DNA from: a virus
Lineage: Duplodnaviria; Heunggongvirae; Uroviricota; Caudoviricetes
Virus record (IMG/VR): IMGVR_UViG_2648501787_000004
Span: 1-22,547 of that record
Length of the DNA: 22,547 nt
Direction: 5' to 3' (one strand)
The notes below the pieces were generated by a model. That model saw only the letters and a program-made list of their open reading frames with translations. It was not told the DNA's origin and did not search any database. Shown here piece by piece: positions 18,433-22,547 of the stretch. The position numbers and the translations under genes were made by a program. The stretch's first letter is position 1; each line of letters opens with the position of its first letter.

Positions 18433-19074
18433 TCAGCGACCAATCACCACAACCTGACCACCGTCACCTTCGTCTGCCGTGCTGATCTCCTGAGAAACCA
18501 CCCGCGACCCCACACGCATTTCACCGTACAGAACAGGCACAACATTGCCCTGGGCAACCATGTTATCCAGAGAGGAGAAATAGGTGTTCTGCTTACCGTT
18601 ATCCGTGGTGCTGGCTGTTGCTGTGCTGGCTTTCGGTGCCAGCATCTGTGCAACACCACCAAGTGTCATCGCCGCCCCCATTGAAAAGAGAATGTCACTG
18701 AAAGCGATACTGATTCCTGGCATCCAGATTGCCGTAGCAATCAGCGCCGCACCAAGCACCGCCTGAAACACGCCGCCACTTTTGGCACCAGCCAGACGCG
18801 GTACGATGTGGATCACGGCACCATTTTCCAGCGGTTCATTAAGACGGGCTGATAATTCGTTTTCGCCTGTATCACGCCCGGCAATACGCACCTGATACCA
18901 ACCATCGCTCAGTTTCTGACGAAACGCTGGGATCTGCATGGCCAGCGCCCGGATGGCTTCGGCCCCCGTTTTCACATGAAGATCGATGCGGCGGCCAAAT
19001 CGTTGTAAATCCCCGTAAAGGCAGATGCGTGCCATGCCCGGTGACGCCAGAGGGAGTGTGTGCGTCGCTGCCAT
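18433..19074 (-). CDS. I: Tail assembly protein I, second copy (mosaic allele)
   Basis: 213 aa; the N-terminal ~110 aa and C-terminal ~70 aa are almost identical to the I protein at 3590-4237, while the central hydrophobic segment differs (IATAIWMPGISIAFSDILFSMGAAMT versus IAVAWWNPVGWLGAAAVSGMYAAGASMI). Confidence 0.85.
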   Translation of the reverse strand: MAATHTLPLASPGMARICLYGDLQRFGRRIDLHVKTGAEAIRALAMQIPAFRQKLSDGWYQVRIAGRDTGENELSARLNEPLENGAVIHIVPRLAGAKSGGVFQAVLGAALIATAIWMPGISIAFSDILFSMGAAMTLGGVAQMLAPKASTATASTTDNGKQNTYFSSLDNMVAQGNVVPVLYGEMRVGSRVVSQEISTADEGDGGQVVVIGR

Positions 19075-19133
19075 TTGTCGGTATACCTCTCTCGTTTGCT
19101 CAGTTGTTCAGGAATATGGTGCGGCAGCTCGCC
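18972..19133 (-). pseudogene. 3'-terminal remnant of a K gene (truncated at the duplication boundary)
   Basis: The sequence upstream of I copy 2 matches the K/I overlap of copy 1 only up to ~19133, after which it diverges; no K-like N-terminal coding sequence follows. Lower boundary inferred by offset from copy 1. Confidence 0.45.
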
Positions 19134-19163
19134 GCCCCACGTGTTCAAAGTACCGCCTTGTTG

Positions 19164-21077
19164 TCATGCTCCATTCGATTTCAGCAATCCACGATAATCG
19201 AGGGCCGCGACACCTGCATCTATGCGCACCTTCCAGGCGACACCATCAACAGTAAAGCCCACCTGCTCCTCAAGATATGGCGTATCCATACCATCAAGAT
19301 AAGCGACTTCTATTGTGTCCATCCCCTTAGCTGCGGCTACATACCATTCCTTGCTATTGGCCTTATCAAGACGTGGCTCAACAATTACTTCTGCCATATC
19401 TTTCACAACGTTAATGATGCCGGGGTTCTGATTGATAGTGCCCTCATCACCAACCGGAAAGACTGATGACGATGACAGAATGGCGCGACGCGCGGCAGAT
19501 TCCAGCGCGGCAGGGACCAGAACAAAAGCAGGGGTAATATTCAGTGAGTCGCCGTTAGCATCCTCCTGGAGGCGCATCAGCTTACGGGCTTCATCAAGCC
19601 CCACCATGTCCATATCCTTCGCAATAAGATTTTTATGATCGGCATGGAATAACGCTTTACCATCCGTAAACTTGCCGTTGCTGGTTAACAGGAGATAAAC
19701 CAGATTGCCAACTGTTCTGGCGGCTGCGCGTCCCATTGCCATGGGGATTGTAGTTAACTGGGTCAGGTCATCGTTGATAATGGCCTGACGGGTAACGGAA
19801 AAAATATTCCCGTACGTGGCCAGCGCAATAGGTACACCTTTATCGCTGGTGGTGATGTATTTATATTCCGCACCTTCCGGTACTTTATCCAGCTTTGAAA
19901 AACCATTCAGACCAACGCGCTTTGCTTCATGAAAGTTTGAAAGCGAACCGGTACGCGTCCATTTCTGGAACGTTTCGCCGCTGTCCTGCCAGCCTTTCAG
20001 TACAGATTTTTCAGCCCCACCAGCCAGAATATGAGAAAAATCACTGCTGCTGTGTGTAAAAGCCGCATTAACAACCTGCGAGCGATTAATAAAACCACTC
20101 ACAGTGATACCACGATCAACCAGTGATGCCTGGGCCATTTCAAAAAGGCTCATCATCGCGTAAGGGTTGCCTCGTTCAGGGCGTTCATACCCAAGACGGG
20201 AATAAAGCCCCTGACGAATTGCATCACCTGTTATGTTTCCGTTTCCGGCATAGATATGAGGCGGGGTATTTTTATTGGATGGCGTGGACTCGCGCCCCAG
20301 CTCGTTCAACAGCTTTTCACGGGCCATTTCCGGTGTACATGATGCATCTTCCAGACACGCCATTTTGATCCCGTCGTAACGACTGCCGAACAGGCTAAAC
20401 ACTTCACTTATTCCATTGATGCGTTTCTGTTCATTACCAGCAATATTTGCCGCTCCCTGTGGCGGTGTAATCATTCCTTTAATGGTTTCCGGCATATGTA
20501 AAAAATCTCCTGTGCGCTTCGATTCAATTCGCGCCATTGCTCTGACGGATGGCAACAATTCATCAGCAAAACCGTGCTTAAGGCATTCTTTCCCGTCCAT
20601 CCAGGTTTCATCTTCCAGCATGGCGGTAATTTCCTGTGCTGATTTGCCCGTTTTTCTGGCATAAGCAGGGACTAACACGGTTTCCACCTTATCCAGCAAA
20701 TCAGCATAATCACGCATATCACCAGCATTTCCGCCAGAGATACCCCACGGCTTATGTATCATCATCATGGCGTTTTCCGGCATCACAACACGATCGCCAG
20801 CCATTGCGACCACCGAAGCCATTGAAGCCGCAACACCATCGATATAAACCGTAATGTCTGCCGGATGATTCCGTAGCAGGTTATAGATGGCGATGCCTTC
20901 AAACACATCACCACCTGGTGAATGGATCCTCAGATTGATATGTGAAACATCGCCAAGGGCTTTCAGGTCTTCCGCGAACTGCTTTGCAGTAACACCGAAG
21001 CCGCCAATCTCCTCATAGATAGATATATCCGCCGCTCCGCGAACATCCGCCGCCTTAATGGTGTACCAGCGATTCAT
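19164..21077 (-). CDS. Prohead protease / scaffold / major capsid fusion protein (copy 2, divergent)
   Basis: 637 aa, colinear with copy 1 over its whole length but clearly diverged (by eye roughly 60-70% identity); same ClpP/S49-like motifs (HINLRIHSPGGDVFEG, VDGVAASMASV). ATG 21077-21075 with a G-rich RBS; ATGA overlap with the upstream small ORF. Confidence 0.85.
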   Translation of the reverse strand: MNRWYTIKAADVRGAADISIYEEIGGFGVTAKQFAEDLKALGDVSHINLRIHSPGGDVFEGIAIYNLLRNHPADITVYIDGVAASMASVVAMAGDRVVMPENAMMMIHKPWGISGGNAGDMRDYADLLDKVETVLVPAYARKTGKSAQEITAMLEDETWMDGKECLKHGFADELLPSVRAMARIESKRTGDFLHMPETIKGMITPPQGAANIAGNEQKRINGISEVFSLFGSRYDGIKMACLEDASCTPEMAREKLLNELGRESTPSNKNTPPHIYAGNGNITGDAIRQGLYSRLGYERPERGNPYAMMSLFEMAQASLVDRGITVSGFINRSQVVNAAFTHSSSDFSHILAGGAEKSVLKGWQDSGETFQKWTRTGSLSNFHEAKRVGLNGFSKLDKVPEGAEYKYITTSDKGVPIALATYGNIFSVTRQAIINDDLTQLTTIPMAMGRAAARTVGNLVYLLLTSNGKFTDGKALFHADHKNLIAKDMDMVGLDEARKLMRLQEDANGDSLNITPAFVLVPAALESAARRAILSSSSVFPVGDEGTINQNPGIINVVKDMAEVIVEPRLDKANSKEWYVAAAKGMDTIEVAYLDGMDTPYLEEQVGFTVDGVAWKVRIDAGVAALDYRGLLKSNGA

Positions 21078-21283
21078 TGTTCCCCCACCGATGCAAAACC
21101 ATTCTGATTAAGCCAGGTGTTTACGGCATGTCTGACAATCTGCGCCACACCTGGTAATGGTTGGTCAGGATGATGATTTATATGGTCGATCCTGTACTGC
21201 TTAAGGCGCATAACGGTCTGCGCATCCAGATGAACGGAACCACCTCTGGTATCACCTGTGTTCAGGTCATTAATACAACTCAC
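21074..21283 (-). CDS. Hypothetical small protein (69 aa), translationally coupled to capsid gene copy 2
   Basis: GTG start at 21283-21281 with GAGGAAG 6-7 nt upstream; stop overlaps the capsid-2 ATG (ATGA). No recognisable family from sequence alone. Confidence 0.45.
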   Translation of the reverse strand: MSCINDLNTGDTRGGSVHLDAQTVMRLKQYRIDHINHHPDQPLPGVAQIVRHAVNTWLNQNGFASVGEQ

Positions 21284-21385
21284 AGCAACTTCCTCTGACT
21301 GACTAAACTATGCACATTATTGATCGATAAAAGTGGTAAATAAACATATTTCTATCATAAAAACAGATTAATTAGATTCAGACAC

Positions 21386-21407
21386 AAAAAAGCCGGATTT
21401 CTCCGGC
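21386..21407 (-). terminator. Rho-independent terminator downstream of the primase gene and iteron array
   Basis: Minus strand: GCCGGA-gaaa-TCCGGC stem-loop (21392-21407) followed by TTTTTT (21386-21391). Confidence 0.65.
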
Positions 21408-21537
21408 TTCTGTCACTCGTTGCTTAAAACGGTATGTTATCCCCGTACGGATCATCATTCCCCGCCTGTTGTTTTGGTGTGCTTCGCTGTCATAGGCTTT
21501 ATCTCACAGCAGTAAATTAAAATTTTTGCGTTTTAAC

Positions 21538-21766
21538 CCTTCACCTGTTCACCTTTTGATATTTTCTCTATTAATTCATAATGTTAAGGGGTGAACAGTT
21601 TCAAAAAAACTATTCACCAACTGTTCACCACTGTTCACCCTTGAAGCTCAATAAACAATCAAAAAGGTGAACAGTGAATAGTTTGGTGAACAGTTCATAA
21701 ATAACTGCTCACCCTATAATATACTGATATAAAAGATATTTATGACAGGGTGAACAGTGGTGAACA
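21538..21766. repeat. Iteron array of TGTTCACC octamers in both orientations (P4 ori/crr-type)
   Basis: Perfect TGTTCACC at 21546-21553, 21622-21629 and 21632-21639; perfect reverse-orientation GGTGAACA at 21590-21597, 21666-21673, 21685-21692, 21749-21756 and 21759-21766; one-mismatch variants at 21611-21618, 21674-21681 and 21706-21713. Embedded in AT-rich DNA directly downstream of the primase stop. Confidence 0.75.
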
Positions 21767-21780
21767 GTTATTCCATAAGT

Positions 21781-22547
21781 TTAATTTTTGCTATCGTCAT
21801 TAGTGACCGATACACATGATGGCATCCAGTCTTCTGATTCCTCCGTCAGTGTCACGTTTGAACGCAAACCGTGCTTCGTTTTCCGTTTCATATACTCCCT
21901 GCCATATTCCGCCATTGCCCCCGGCATATCTTTACCGAAGCGCGTCAGTGTTACAGGTTTACCAAACCCATGTGCCCTCATATAAGCCAGATAGGCATGA
22001 TAGAGATACCTGCGTGGGCTGAATGGCACAATTTCAGCATTACCCACTAACAGGCCATCACACATTACCGACGCCATGAGATAGCCGCAGAAGTCCACCA
22101 GCGAATCCCCCTCTCGCTTTATCGCCAGTGCTTCTTCAGATTTCTGCTGCTCATATAACAGGCGTCTGGCTTCGTCCTGGTTAGCAAACCGTGTAAGCAG
22201 ATGGCGAATCACTACCGCCAGCTCACCTTCTATTTTTTCCGCCAGCATTGGATCACGTTCGTTCTCCGGTACAACTTCCGAAAAATTGAATATCACCCGA
22301 CGACGTGAGATCCCCCCGCTGCGGTCACTGAATGACATGGCGTTATTGTTAACCGCCAGCACTACTGCCGGAATACGCGTTGAGTAGGGGGCTTTGTGTT
22401 TCGGGTCAATTGCCACCTTGTCACCGCCTGTAATAGCCTTAATCCCTGCTCCATCACCAGCGTAGCGGGTCATATCCGGCATGATAATCAGCGAAAAGCC
22501 AACCACTAACGCGCGTTCCCTTGCATCTTCCAGCGCCTTCATGCTTG
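21781..22547 (-). CDS. Phage/plasmid primase, P4 family, C-terminal region (partial; 5' end outside the window)
   Basis: Open frame from the window edge to the stop at 21781; contains ITGGDKVAI...RRRVIFNFSEVVPENERD...IEGELAVVIRHLL, which matches my recollection of the conserved C-terminal region of P4 alpha-type primases (D5_N/primase_Cterm). Direct adjacency to TGTTCACC iterons supports this. Confidence 0.7.
   Translation of the reverse strand, partial: SMKALEDARERALVVGFSLIIMPDMTRYAGDGAGIKAITGGDKVAIDPKHKAPYSTRIPAVVLAVNNNAMSFSDRSGGISRRRVIFNFSEVVPENERDPMLAEKIEGELAVVIRHLLTRFANQDEARRLLYEQQKSEEALAIKREGDSLVDFCGYLMASVMCDGLLVGNAEIVPFSPRRYLYHAYLAYMRAHGFGKPVTLTRFGKDMPGAMAEYGREYMKRKTKHGLRSNVTLTEESEDWMPSCVSVTNDDSKN

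Larger units (their letters stand above)
18372..19133. repeat. Copy B of the ~750-bp direct repeat (K 3' remnant + I + intergenic hairpin); copy A at 3536-4286
   Basis: See copy A. The flanks are near-identical at nucleotide level, with a divergent central block inside I. Confidence 0.8.

Noticed and set aside
21538-21766. Possible CRISPR array
   Set aside because: Repeat units are only 8 bp, occur in both orientations with irregular spacing, and have no uniform spacers. The pattern is that of replication-origin iterons.

Overview
This window is the late (packaging, head, tail) region of a lambda-like enterobacterial prophage, with every supported gene on the minus strand. No search was run; protein calls rest on recognisable similarity to phage lambda proteins recalled from memory, plus start-codon, RBS and overlap checks done by hand. 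Read in transcription order (high to low coordinate) the window holds: the 3' end of a P4-family primase gene (21781-22547), an array of TGTTCACC octamer iterons (21538-21766), an intrinsic terminator, a small ORF, a protease/major-capsid fusion gene (copy 2, 19164-21077), a ~760-bp duplicated segment carrying a K 3' remnant and a second I gene (18372-19133), a cos-like region, a Nu1-like small terminase, a disrupted large-terminase gene (short N-terminal ORF, ~450 bp AT-rich palindrome-rich DNA, then a C-terminal-domain ORF), W, portal, protease/major-capsid fusion (copy 1), a small head protein, FII, Z, U, V, G/T with a -1 frameshift arrangement, H, M, L, K, I and J, then a terminator and the start of a further gene. 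The tail module looks complete and lambda-like, while the packaging module looks defective. The left-hand 3.5 kb of the window (19-22.5 kb) looks like a fragment of a second element with a P4-type replication module joined to the lambda-like late operon through recombination at the K/I region. No integrase, lysis genes, tRNA, CRISPR array or IS transposase were seen. The long plus-strand ORFs in the six-frame track are antisense shadows of the minus-strand genes.
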